64,000 bases of DNA from contig CAVROR010000012.1 of assembly GCA_963722915.1 (NCBI GenBank), positions 2,182 to 66,181 on the forward strand, written 5' to 3'. The first letter of the stretch is position 1. Each line of letters opens with the position of its first letter. Below, piece after piece: positions 54,425 to 64,000 of this stretch. Made by a program: the position numbers and the translations under genes. A model generated the notes under the pieces. It was not told where the DNA came from, searched no databases, and worked only from the letters and a program-made list of their open reading frames with translations. Source of the stretch: an uncultured Gammaproteobacteria bacterium (lineage in GTDB: Bacteria; Pseudomonadota; Gammaproteobacteria; Xanthomonadales; Xanthomonadaceae).

Positions 54425-54889
54425 TCACGCCCCGCCATCGAACCCCTGCTGCCGCCAGGCCTCGTACGCCACCACCGCCACGGCATTGGAGAGGTTGAGG
54501 CTGCGGTTGCCCGGGCGCATCGGCAGGCGCAGGCGCTGTCCGGGCGCGATGGCGTCGAGTACGTCATCGGGCAGGCCGCGGGTTTCCGCGCCGAACAAAA
54601 CCGCATCGCCGGCCGCATAGTCCGGCGTGTCGTAGCGCACGCGGCCGCGGGTGCTGAGCGCGAACAGGCGGCGCGGCGCAATGGCGGCGAGTGCGGCGTC
54701 CAGCGTGTCGTGAACGCTCAGCGCGGCGTACTCGTGGTAGTCCAGCCCGGCGCGGCGCAGCTGGCGGTCCTCCAGCTCGAAACCGAGCGGCCGCACCAGG
54801 TGCAGGCGTGCGCCGGTGTTGGCGCACAGGCGGATGACGTTGCCGGTGTTGGGCGGGATTTCGGGCTGGTAAAGGACGATATCGAGCAT
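54425..54889 (-). CDS. trmL: tRNA (cytidine/uridine-2'-O-)-methyltransferase TrmL
   Basis: MLDIVLYQPEIPPNTGNVIRLCANTGARLHLV...SLNLSNAVAVVAYEAWRQ, 154 aa. Confidence 0.9.
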   Translation of the reverse strand: MLDIVLYQPEIPPNTGNVIRLCANTGARLHLVRPLGFELEDRQLRRAGLDYHEYAALSVHDTLDAALAAIAPRRLFALSTRGRVRYDTPDYAAGDAVLFGAETRGLPDDVLDAIAPGQRLRLPMRPGNRSLNLSNAVAVVAYEAWRQQGFDGGA

Positions 54890-54933
54890 GGCGCGGGAGG
54901 CGGTGCGGCAGGGCGGGAACGCGGCGCGCGACC

Positions 54934-55662
54934 CTACCAGTCGACGGCCTCGCCGCGGTAGTCGATGAACCGCCCGCTGTCGGCCAGGCTCGCACGGTCG
55001 GCCTGTGCCAGCAGACCGGCCACCGACTCGGGCGCCTCGATCGGCGCGTCCGCGCCGCCCATGTCGGTGCGCACCCAGCCGGGCGACACCGGCAGCACGG
55101 TGATGCCGCGCTCGGCCAGCGCATGCGCCAGCAAAACGCTGGCCATGTTCAGCGCCGCCTTGGAGATGGCGTAGGTCGGGCTGTGGACATCCTCGCGCAG
55201 CGCGATCGAGCCCAGCCGCGAGGACAGGTTGACGACCACCGCCGCGCGCCCGCCGTCGTGCGCGTCCGCCAGCAGCGGTGCCAGTGCCTGCGTCAGCAGG
55301 AACGGGCCGGCCGCGTTGGTGCGCAGGCTGTCCTCCAGTTGCGCGGGCGTGATGTGGCCGAAGCGCTCGCCCGAGTGCAGCACGCCGGCGTTGTTGACCA
55401 GCAGGTCCAGGCGGCCGTCCTCCCCCAGCACCAGCGGCAGTTCGCGCGCCAGTTCCGCGTGGCTTTTCGGGTCGGCCAGGTCCAGCGGCAGCACGTGAAG
55501 GCGGCCGGGGTGCTCGCCGGTCAGGGTATTGAGCGCGGTGGCGCGCCCCGGGTGGCGGCAGGCGGCGATGACGCGATCGCCGCGGGCCAGCAGCTGGCGG
55601 ACGAACTCCAGACCCAGGCCGCGGTTGGCGCCGGTGACCAGGCAGTGGCGGGGGGTGGGCAT
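54934..55662 (-). CDS. SDR-family oxidoreductase
   Basis: CLVTGANRGLGLEF (TGxxxGxG), NNAG, and YAISKAAL (YxxxK). Confidence 0.85.
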   Translation of the reverse strand: MPTPRHCLVTGANRGLGLEFVRQLLARGDRVIAACRHPGRATALNTLTGEHPGRLHVLPLDLADPKSHAELARELPLVLGEDGRLDLLVNNAGVLHSGERFGHITPAQLEDSLRTNAAGPFLLTQALAPLLADAHDGGRAAVVVNLSSRLGSIALREDVHSPTYAISKAALNMASVLLAHALAERGITVLPVSPGWVRTDMGGADAPIEAPESVAGLLAQADRASLADSGRFIDYRGEAVDW

Positions 55663-55701
55663 AGCTGGGCTCCATCGGGTCGCAGCGCGTGGCATGCCAG
55701 T

Positions 55702-55920
55702 CTACGCAGCGCCGCGCGCCAGGGGTGCGGGCCACGCGGCGGAACCGCCCACCGGTTTGAGCGGACGCTCGACGTGGCCGCCGAGCAGGTGCTCCCCGAG
55801 ATAGAGGAGGTCCCCGCTGGCGGGATCGCGCGCCTCGCCCTGGACGCTGCGCAGCGCCGAATGGGCGGGAGCGCAGGCAACGGCCAGGATCAGCGGGAGC
55901 ACGCAGGAGCGCTTGGACAC
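55702..55920 (-). CDS. possible small secreted protein (72 aa)
   Basis: GTG at 55920. VSKRSCVLPLILAVACAPAHSA is signal-like. There is no other support, and it could be a shadow ORF. Confidence 0.3.
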   Translation of the reverse strand: MSKRSCVLPLILAVACAPAHSALRSVQGEARDPASGDLLYLGEHLLGGHVERPLKPVGGSAAWPAPLARGAA

Positions 55921-56104
55921 GCGATCTCCACCAGCGGGAACCATGCCCCAGCTACGGGCCGGCGGCCCGTCTGGATGCAACCGGTTACGACTTGTGGCCC
56001 ATGCAGCCGGGCAGGTGCCCGGTACGATGCGGGCGTTGTGGCCCGCCCGTGGCCACGTCCACGCTGGCCAGGCAGGCCGGCCCGATCCACCACAGGAGTG
56101 TCCG

Positions 56105-58990
56105 ATGTCCCGCATTGCCCGGCCCCGCGCCGCCGTCCTCGCCCTCGCCCTTGCCGCCGCCACCGGTGCGCTGGCGTTCACCGCCGCGCCCGCGACCGCC
56201 CAGCCGGCCGGGGTCGACATCGCCTACGAGCAGTTCACCCTGCCCAACGGCCTGCGCGTGGTCGTGCACACCGACCGCAAGGCCCCCATCGTGGCGGTCA
56301 ACCTCTGGTACCACGTGGGCAGCAAGGACGAGCCGCGCGGCCGCACGGGCTTTGCGCACCTGTTCGAACACCTGATGTTCAACGGCACCGAGCACTACCC
56401 GGGCGAGTACTTCACCCCGTTCGAACTGGTTGGTGCCACCGACATGAACGGCACCACCGACACCGACCGCACCAACTACTTCCAGAACGTGCCCACCACC
56501 GCGCTCGACCTGGCGCTGTGGATGGAGTCCGACCGCATGGGCCACCTGCTGGGCGCGATCGACCAGAAGACGCTCGACGAGCAGCGCGGCGTGGTGCAGA
56601 ACGAGAAGCGCCAGAGCGAGAACCAGCCCTACGGCCAGGTCTGGACGCGGCTCAACGAGGCGCTGTATCCGCCAGGCCACCCCTACCACCACAGCGTGAT
56701 CGGCTCGATGGCCGACCTCAACGCGGCTTCGCTTGAGGACGTCAAGACCTGGTTCCGCGCCTGGTACGGCCCCAACAACGCGGTGCTGGTGCTGGCCGGC
56801 GACATCGACGTCGCCACCGCCAGGCAGAAGGTGGCGCAGTACTTCGGCCACATTCCCGCTGGCCCCGACATGGCGCAGCCGGCGGTCGACGTGGCGCGTC
56901 GTCCGGCCGACACGCGCGAGGTGATGCACGACAACGTGCCGCAGGCGCGCATCTACCGCGCCTGGAACGTCGCACCGACCAACACCATCGACGTCGACCG
57001 CCTGCACGTGCTGGCGCGCGTGCTGGGCGGCAGCGACACCTCGCGCCTGGAACGGCGCCTGGTGCACGAGGACAAGCTGGTCGACAGCGTCAGCGCCGCG
57101 GTCAGCGAGTCGCAGCTGGGCTCCAATTTCCTGGTGGTGGCCACGGTCAAGGACGGCGTCGATCCGGCCCGGGTCGAGGCGATCGTCGACGAGGAGCTGG
57201 AGCGGCTGCTAGCCGACGGCCCGACCGCCGACGAGGTCGAACAGGCGCAGACCGTGATCCGCGCCGGCTTCATCCGCGGCATCGAGCGCATCGGCGGCTT
57301 CGGCGGCAAGGCCGACGCGCTGGCGGCCTGCACCATCTTCGCGCGCGATCCGGGCTGTTTCCGCGCCACGCTGGCCAACGTCGACGCCGCCACGCCTGCG
57401 CAGCTGCGCAGCGTCGGGCGCGAGTGGCTGGGCGTGGGTGACCACACGCTGGTCGTGCTGCCCGGCCAGCGCACGCCGCTGGTCGAAGCACCGGCCGTCG
57501 ACCCGGCACCGCTCGCGTTGCCGGCAGTGGACGCGAAGTACACCACCACCGCCTCGACCGTCGACCGCAGCGCCGGCCCGCCGATGCCCGAGCAGTTCCC
57601 CGAGCTCGCTTTCCCTGCGTTGCAGCGCGCCACGCTCAGCAACGGCACGAAGGTGATCCTGGCCGAGCGCCGCGCCGTACCGGTGGTGCAGATGAGCCTG
57701 CTGCTGGACGGCGGGTACAAAGCCGACGCGCTGGGCGGGCACACGCTGGGCACGTCGAGCTTTGCGATGAGCATGCTGGACGAGGGCGCGGCCGGGTACA
57801 GCGCGCTGGACTTCGCCGGCCGCGCCGAAGCGCTGGGCGCCGAACTGGGCGCGGGCGCATCGCTGGACGGCGGCAGCGCGTACCTGTCGGCGCTCAAGGA
57901 GCAGCTGGACCCGTCGCTCGCGCTGTTCGCCGACATGCTGCGTCGGCCGACGTTCGCGCAGCCGGAGATCGACCGCGTCAAGGCCACGTGGATCGCCGGC
58001 ATCAAGCAGGAGAAGGCACGGCCCAACTCCGCCGCGCTGCGCGTGATGCCGCCGCTGCTGTACGGCGAGGGCCACGCCTACGCAATGCCGTTCAGCGGCT
58101 CGGGCACCGAGGAGTCGATCGCCTCGCTGACGCGCGACGACCTGGTGGCCTACCACCGCACCTGGGTGCGTCCGGAGGCGGCCACGCTGGTCGTGGTCGG
58201 CGACACCACGATCGCCGAGATCGTGCCGATGCTGGAGAAGCACCTGGGCGACTGGCGGGGCGAGGGCACGCCGGCACGCACCGGCCCGGTGGCCACGGTC
58301 GCGCGGCCGTCCGCGTCGCGGGTGTTCCTGATCGACCAGCCCGGCGCGGTGCAGGCCAACATCTTCGTCGGCCAGCTGGTGCCGTCGACCCTGTCGGAGT
58401 CGGCCACCGAACTGGAGATCGCCAACACCGTGCTGGGCGGCCAGTTCAGCTCTCGCCTCAACATGAACCTGCGCGAGGACAAGCACTGGGCCTACGGCTC
58501 CTACAGCTTCGCGCCCGATGCGCTGGGCCAGCGGCCGTGGCTGGCGTTCGCCCCGGTGCAGATCGACAAGACCGCCGAGTCGATGGCCGAGCTGAAGCGC
58601 GAGATCGCCGAGTACGCCAGGGGCATCACGCCGCCGACGGAGGAGGAAGTCGGCAAGGTGCGCGCCAACGAGATCCGCAGCCTGCCCGGTGCCTACGAGA
58701 CGGCCAGCGCCGTGCGCAGCACCATCAGCGGCATGGTGCGCTACGGCCGCCCGGACGACTACCTCGCCCGCCGCAAGGCCGAGATCGAGGCCCTGACCCC
58801 GGCGCAGGTGGCGCAGGCCGCCGCCACGCTCGATCCCGATGCGCTGACCTGGGTGGTGGTGGGCGACCTGTCGCAGATCGAGGCGCCGGTGCGGTCGCTC
58901 GACCTGGGTACGGTGCAGGTACTGGACGCCGACGGCCGTCCGGTCGCGGCGTCCGCCACGGCCAGCTCGGACGGCGGCGCCACCGAGTAA
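56105..58990 (+). CDS. M16-family (pitrilysin-like) two-unit zinc peptidase
   Basis: Signal peptide MSRIARPRAAVLALALAAATGALAFTAAPATA. HLFEHLMFNGTEHY (inverted HxxEH zinc motif). 961 aa with a second M16 inactive-type half. Confidence 0.9.
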   Translation: MSRIARPRAAVLALALAAATGALAFTAAPATAQPAGVDIAYEQFTLPNGLRVVVHTDRKAPIVAVNLWYHVGSKDEPRGRTGFAHLFEHLMFNGTEHYPGEYFTPFELVGATDMNGTTDTDRTNYFQNVPTTALDLALWMESDRMGHLLGAIDQKTLDEQRGVVQNEKRQSENQPYGQVWTRLNEALYPPGHPYHHSVIGSMADLNAASLEDVKTWFRAWYGPNNAVLVLAGDIDVATARQKVAQYFGHIPAGPDMAQPAVDVARRPADTREVMHDNVPQARIYRAWNVAPTNTIDVDRLHVLARVLGGSDTSRLERRLVHEDKLVDSVSAAVSESQLGSNFLVVATVKDGVDPARVEAIVDEELERLLADGPTADEVEQAQTVIRAGFIRGIERIGGFGGKADALAACTIFARDPGCFRATLANVDAATPAQLRSVGREWLGVGDHTLVVLPGQRTPLVEAPAVDPAPLALPAVDAKYTTTASTVDRSAGPPMPEQFPELAFPALQRATLSNGTKVILAERRAVPVVQMSLLLDGGYKADALGGHTLGTSSFAMSMLDEGAAGYSALDFAGRAEALGAELGAGASLDGGSAYLSALKEQLDPSLALFADMLRRPTFAQPEIDRVKATWIAGIKQEKARPNSAALRVMPPLLYGEGHAYAMPFSGSGTEESIASLTRDDLVAYHRTWVRPEAATLVVVGDTTIAEIVPMLEKHLGDWRGEGTPARTGPVATVARPSASRVFLIDQPGAVQANIFVGQLVPSTLSESATELEIANTVLGGQFSSRLNMNLREDKHWAYGSYSFAPDALGQRPWLAFAPVQIDKTAESMAELKREIAEYARGITPPTEEEVGKVRANEIRSLPGAYETASAVRSTISGMVRYGRPDDYLARRKAEIEALTPAQVAQAAATLDPDALTWVVVGDLSQIEAPVRSLDLGTVQVLDADGRPVAASATASSDGGATE

Positions 58991-59027
58991 ACGAACGGGA
59001 TCCGCCGGGAGGGCAACCACCCGGTGG

Positions 59028-59160
59028 ATGCTGAAGGAGCGGCTTCAGCCGCGATCGCATTCCGGTATCGGGTGTGGCAGCGCGCGGGTTGCGGAAGACC
59101 GACGCGCATCGTCGGTGAAGCCATTCCGGCAGGACGGGGTGCGGCGAGCTCCGCAACGAG
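59028..59160. repeat. REP-like intergenic element
   Basis: Contains GAAGGAGCGGCTTCAGCCGCGATCGC (GCGGC-ttca-GCCGC hairpin) and further short dyads. The motif type recurs in high-GC gammaproteobacterial intergenic regions. Confidence 0.4.
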
Positions 59161-59240
59161 TCACTTACGATTCACCCTCGTCCGCCCCAAGCCGCCGCGA
59201 TGCGGCGACAATCCCGCATCGCGCTTAGAAGGGCATCGCC

Positions 59241-59630
59241 ATGATTCGACCGATTGTGACCGCCACCGCCACGCTGCTGTTCGCCAGTGCCTGCACCTGG
59301 GTGCACATGGCGCCGGGTGCCAGCGCGGTGCGGGTGGTGCCGGCCGGCACCCCGCCTGCGGGCTGCGAGAAGCGCGGCGAGATCGCGGTGTCGGTCAAGG
59401 ACAGCGTCGCCTTCTACGAGCGCAACGAACTGCGTGTGCGCGAAGAGCTGGAGACGCTGGCCCGCAACGAGGGCCCGGGCATGGGCGCCGACACGATCCA
59501 GCCGCTGGCCCCGCCGTCCAACGGCGAGCAGCGCTTTGCCGGATACCGCTGCGGCAACGCCAGCGCGCTGCTGACGCCGGACCGTCCCGCCCCGCGCGAG
59601 GGAACACAGACCGTCCCGCTGCAGGGCTGA
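59241..59630 (+). CDS. DUF4156-like lipoprotein
   Basis: MIRPIVTATATLLFASAC lipobox. 129 aa. Confidence 0.65.
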   Translation: MIRPIVTATATLLFASACTWVHMAPGASAVRVVPAGTPPAGCEKRGEIAVSVKDSVAFYERNELRVREELETLARNEGPGMGADTIQPLAPPSNGEQRFAGYRCGNASALLTPDRPAPREGTQTVPLQG

Positions 59631-59766
59631 GCGCCGGCGTGCGCGCGTCATGCCAACTGCGGCCAACGTCGGCCAACCGGCCGCGGGCGTGCGGTGAACC
59701 CCGGCTAATGCGCCCGGCGCGCCAACGCGGTACCCTTGCGCGTTTTCCGCATTCGGTCCACCGCCC

Positions 59767-60783
59767 ATGCTGTTCCAACATGTCGCCATCGCCGGCCTGG
59801 CCCATATCGACGCGCCGCGCCGCCTGAGCTCGGACGACATCAACGCGCGGCTCAAGCCGACGCTCGACCGCCTGGGCATCCGCACCGACGTGCTCAAGGA
59901 CATCGCCGGCATCCATGCGCGCCGCCTGTGGGACGGCCCGATGCTGGCCTCCGACGCCGCCACGATGGCCGCACGCAAGGCCATGGACGACGCCGGCATC
60001 GACGCCTCCCGGGTCGGCCTGCTGGTCAACACCTCCGTCAGCCGCGACTACCTGGAGCCGTCCACGGCCAGCATCGTCAGCGGCAACCTCGGCCTGACCG
60101 AGCACTGCCAGAACTTCGACGTCGCCAACGCGTGCCTGGCTTTCATCAACGGCATGGACATCGCCGCGCGGATGATCGAGCGCGGCGAGATCGAGTACGC
60201 GCTGGTCGTCGACGGCGAGACCGCCAACCTGGCCTACGAGAAGACGCTCGAGCGCCTGACTTCGCCGGATGCCACCGAAGAGCAGTTCCGCAACGAGCTG
60301 GCCACGCTGACCCTGGGCTGCGGCGCGGCCGCCATGGTGATGGCGCGCGCCGAGCTGGTGCCGTCCGCGCCGCGCTACCGCGGCGGCGTGACGCGCGCGG
60401 CCACCGAGTGGAACGGCCTGTGCCGCGGCAACCTCGACCGCATGGTCACCGACACCCGCCTGCTGCTCATCGAGGGCCTGAAGCTGGCGCAGAAGACCTT
60501 TGTCGCCGCCAAGCAGGCGCTGGGCTGGGTGGTGGAGGAGCTGGACGAGTTCGTGATCCACCAGGTCAGCCAGGTCCACACCCAGGCCTTCGTGAAGGCC
60601 TTCGGCATCGACCCGAAGAAGGTGCTGACCATCTTCCACGAGCACGGCAACATCGGCCCCGCCTCGGTGCCGATCGTGCTGAGCAAGCTGCGCGAAATGG
60701 GGCGCCTGAAGAAGGGCGACCGGGTGGCTCTGCTGGGCATCGGCTCGGGCCTGAACTGCTCGATGGCCGAGGTGGTCTGGTAA
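59767..60783 (+). CDS. 3-oxoacyl-ACP synthase III family protein (FabH-like)
   Basis: FDVANACLAFINGM (active-site Cys), HQVSQVHTQ and HGNIGPASVPIV (His/Asn). 338 aa. Confidence 0.8.
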   Translation: MLFQHVAIAGLAHIDAPRRLSSDDINARLKPTLDRLGIRTDVLKDIAGIHARRLWDGPMLASDAATMAARKAMDDAGIDASRVGLLVNTSVSRDYLEPSTASIVSGNLGLTEHCQNFDVANACLAFINGMDIAARMIERGEIEYALVVDGETANLAYEKTLERLTSPDATEEQFRNELATLTLGCGAAAMVMARAELVPSAPRYRGGVTRAATEWNGLCRGNLDRMVTDTRLLLIEGLKLAQKTFVAAKQALGWVVEELDEFVIHQVSQVHTQAFVKAFGIDPKKVLTIFHEHGNIGPASVPIVLSKLREMGRLKKGDRVALLGIGSGLNCSMAEVVW

Positions 60784-60808
60784 CGCGGTTCCGCCTACCG
60801 GCGTGAAA

Positions 60809-60838
60809 CAAAAAAGGCCCGGGATTCCCGGGCCTTTT
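60809..60838. terminator. bidirectional rho-independent terminator between the FabH-like gene and rpoH
   Basis: aaaaaaaGGCCCGGGattCCCGGGCCtttt. Confidence 0.8.
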
Positions 60839-60857
60839 GCTTGGGTGGCACCGCCGC

Positions 60858-61742
<885 letters not shown>

Positions 61743-61908
61743 GGCGTCGAGTCTAGCAGTGGCACCGTTCGACTGCTAAATCGGTGCCAGGTTCCGCAGC
61801 GTTGCATTCATGGAACGGTCGGCCGGGTTACGCCAGCGTGAGACCGTCACTTGGCGTGGCCGTGGCCGGAGGCATCGTGGGGTGCCCGCATCACGGAGCG
61901 CACCCGCC

Positions 61909-62889
61909 ATGGGACGACTGATCGACGGCACCTGGACCCAGCAGGGCTACGACACCGAATCCACCGGTGGCGCCTTCGAGCGCGAGACCAGCCGGTTCCG
62001 GCATTGGGTCACGGCCGACGGCGCCCCGGGGCCGACCGGCGAGGGCGGTTTCGCGGCCGAACCCGGCCGCTACCACCTCTACGTGTCGCTGGCCTGCCCC
62101 TGGGCGCACCGGACCCTGATATTCCGCCAGCTCAAGGGGCTGGACCGGATGATCGGCCTGTCGGTGGTGCACTGGTTCATGGGCGCGGAGGGCTGGACCT
62201 TCGCCGACGCCCCCGGGACCCGGCCCGACACCGTCAACGGCGCGCGCTGCCTGCACGAGGTCTATACCCGCGCCGATCCGCATGCGACCGGCCGCGTCAC
62301 CGTGCCGGTGCTGTGGGACACGCAGCGCGGCACCATCGTCAGCAACGAGTCGGCCGACATCATCCGCATGTTCAACAGCGCCTTCGACGGCGTGGGCGCA
62401 TTACCGGGCGACTACTACCCGGAGGCGCTGCGCGAGGAGATCGACGGCTACAACGCGCGCATCTACGACACGGTCAACAACGGCGTCTACAAGGCCGGCT
62501 TCGCCAGCGCGCAGGACAAGTACGAGGCCGCGGTGGCGGCGCTGTTCGACACGCTCGACTGGCTGGAGTCGCACCTGGCCCGCCGCCGCTACCTGTGCGG
62601 CGACCGCCTGACCGAAGCCGACTGGCGCCTGTTCACCACGCTGCTGCGCTTCGATCCGGTCTACCACGGCCACTTCAAGTGCAACCTGCGCAAGCTGGCC
62701 GAGTACCCGGTGCTGCACGCCTACCTGCGCGATCTCTACCAGCATCCGGGGGTGCGCGAGACGGTGGATTTCGACCACATCAAGAACCACTACTACCGCA
62801 GCCACGACTGGATCAACCCGAGCCGGATCGTCCCGGCCGGGCCGGTACAGGACCTGGAGGCGCCGCATGGGCGCGAGCGGCTGGCATAG
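61909..62889 (+). CDS. yqjG: glutathionyl-hydroquinone reductase (Xi-class GST, YqjG/ECM4 type)
   Basis: [15 protein letters not shown]...[25 protein letters not shown]...VPVLWD... Confidence 0.85.
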   Translation: MGRLIDGTWTQQGYDTESTGGAFERETSRFRHWVTADGAPGPTGEGGFAAEPGRYHLYVSLACPWAHRTLIFRQLKGLDRMIGLSVVHWFMGAEGWTFADAPGTRPDTVNGARCLHEVYTRADPHATGRVTVPVLWDTQRGTIVSNESADIIRMFNSAFDGVGALPGDYYPEALREEIDGYNARIYDTVNNGVYKAGFASAQDKYEAAVAALFDTLDWLESHLARRRYLCGDRLTEADWRLFTTLLRFDPVYHGHFKCNLRKLAEYPVLHAYLRDLYQHPGVRETVDFDHIKNHYYRSHDWINPSRIVPAGPVQDLEAPHGRERLA

Positions 62890-62945
62890 GCAAGGAGCCG
62901 ATTCGCCCTGGGCTCCTACAACAGCGGCCAGCTACCAGAGGCCGG

Positions 62946-63662
62946 CTATTCGACCGCCAAAGCCGCCCTCGGCGGCAGCGACCAGTCGATCGGCGCCATG
63001 CCCGCGTCGCGCGAGGTACTGGTTGGCCGCGGAGAAATGCCCGCAGCCGAGGAAGCCCGCGATGCGCCGACAGCGGCGAGGGATGCGGCGCGCTTGCAGC
63101 ACGCGGTGGCGGCGCGGTGTCGATCACCTTGCCCTTGGCCTGCGCGTAGCTGCCCCACAGCAGGAACACCAGGCCCTCGCGCTCGCGGTTGAGCGTGTCG
63201 ACGACGTGGTCGGTGAAGCCTTCCCAGCCCTTGCCCTGGTGCGCGCCGGCGCGGCCGTCCTCCACGGTCAGCACGCGTTGAGCAGCAGCACGCCCTGCCG
63301 CGCCCAGGGCAGCAGGCAGCCGTGGTCCGGGCGGACGAAGCCGAGGTCGCGCTCGAGCTCCTTGAAGATGTTGTGCAGCGACGGCGGCACGTCCACGCCG
63401 GGCGGCACCGAGAAGCACAGGCCATGCGCCTGGCCGGGGCCGTGGTACGGGTCCTGGCCGAGGATCACGACCTTCACCGCGTCGAACGGCGTGGCGTCGA
63501 ACGCGGCGAAGATCTGCGCGCCCGGCGGATAGATGCGCGCGCCGGCGGCCTTGCGCTGGCGCAGGAAGGCCGACAGCGCGCTGCATGTCCGTCGCGCTGC
63601 AGGTAGTCGCCGACGCGCGCTTTCCACGACGGTTCGAGCTGGATGCGGTCGTCGTCGGTCAT
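62946..63662 (-). CDS. ung: uracil-DNA glycosylase (at least four frame switches in this sequence)
   Basis: [21 protein letters not shown] / [58 protein letters not shown]... / [25 protein letters not shown]...LLWGSYAQ...APHPSPLSA / [11 protein letters not shown] / PIDWSLP. Confidence 0.85.
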
Positions 63663-63680
63663 GCGGTGCCAGCGCGCGAC

Positions 63681-64000
63681 TCACGGCCGGCTGCGCGGCT
63701 CAGCGCGCAGCTGTCGCACAGCGCGCAGCTGGAACAGCGGCTTGGTGACCAGCAGGCGCTCCTCGATCGGCTTGAGCACCAGGTCGTTGGCGCCGGCGCG
63801 CAGCAGGTCGGTCTGGTTGTCGGGGTTGTCGTCGCCGGTCATCACCAGCACCGGCAGGCGGCGCTTGCCGTAGCCGAAGTCGTTGCGGATGCGGTCGCAG
63901 CAGGTCGCTGCCGCTAGCTCGCCCTTCAGGTACACGTCGGTCAGCACCAGGTCGGCGCCGGATGTCGTCCCTGCGCCGCGGTGCTGCTCCAGGTGCGCCA
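63681..64000 (-). CDS. response-regulator receiver domain protein, C-terminal part (gene continues past window end)
   Basis: ...[63 protein letters not shown]. The frame is open to position 64000. Confidence 0.6.
   Translation of the reverse strand, partial: AHLEQHRGAGTTSGADLVLTDVYLKGELAAATCCDRIRNDFGYGKRRLPVLVMTGDDNPDNQTDLLRAGANDLVLKPIEERLLVTKPLFQLRAVRQLRAEPRSRP

Noticed and set aside
55702-56220. 172-aa minus ORF overlapping the start of the M16 peptidase gene
   Set aside because: Most of it is antisense shadow. Only the last 72 codons (from GTG 55920) have a signal-like N-terminus, and these are reported as a low-confidence feature.

Overview
High-GC (roughly 68-70% by eye) chromosomal segment. 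Gene content and order are typical of Xanthomonadales/Lysobacterales gammaproteobacteria: gpmI-envC-ctpA, fadL, putA, a complete aa3-type cytochrome c oxidase plus biogenesis cluster, rpsU/yqeY/brkB/dnaG, tsaD, folBK, hemYXD, secB-gpsA, an Ax21-family OMP, trmL, an M16 peptidase, rpoH, yqjG and ung. I saw no tRNA, rRNA or CRISPR array and no recognisable defence system. The only clearly accessory region is 8897-25319, in the fadL-putA spacer. It is an IS407-like (IS3 family) element with a 4-bp GGAC target duplication. Its orfB is split by a 15.2-kb insertion (9313-24500) that has its own 8-bp duplication (CGCACGAC). That insertion has IS21-type istA/istB at its right edge and matching inverted arrays of 21-23-bp repeats at both edges. 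Between its left end and istA lie about 12.7 kb of mosaic cargo: an orphan 326-aa gene sitting directly behind a decapitated parE with an intact parD, a ynfA stub, an operon-like czcD/czcI-like/czcCBA/PIB-4 ATPase string with a divergent merR regulator and a textbook MerR-type promoter, a truncated tyrosine recombinase, and a PrtN-like gene. The best candidates for something undescribed are the cargo-carrying IS21 derivative with unusually long terminal repeat arrays and the 326-aa orphan gene; both are inference from sequence only. Other recurring signals are four intergenic arrays of about five heptanucleotide repeats, three of which place a G-run strand next to gene ends, and REP-like hairpins. 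An important caveat is that single-base frameshifts are clustered in patches: 11.3-17.7 kb, 51.2-54.2 kb, 60.9-61.7 kb and 63.0-63.7 kb, plus isolated ones in putA, the S9 peptidase gene, dnaG and istA. These patches hit essential genes (secB, gpsA, rpoH) while long neighbouring genes are intact. This looks more like unpolished consensus error than biology, so pseudogene calls here are provisional. All coordinates of starts and frameshifts come from manual reading and are approximate where stated.
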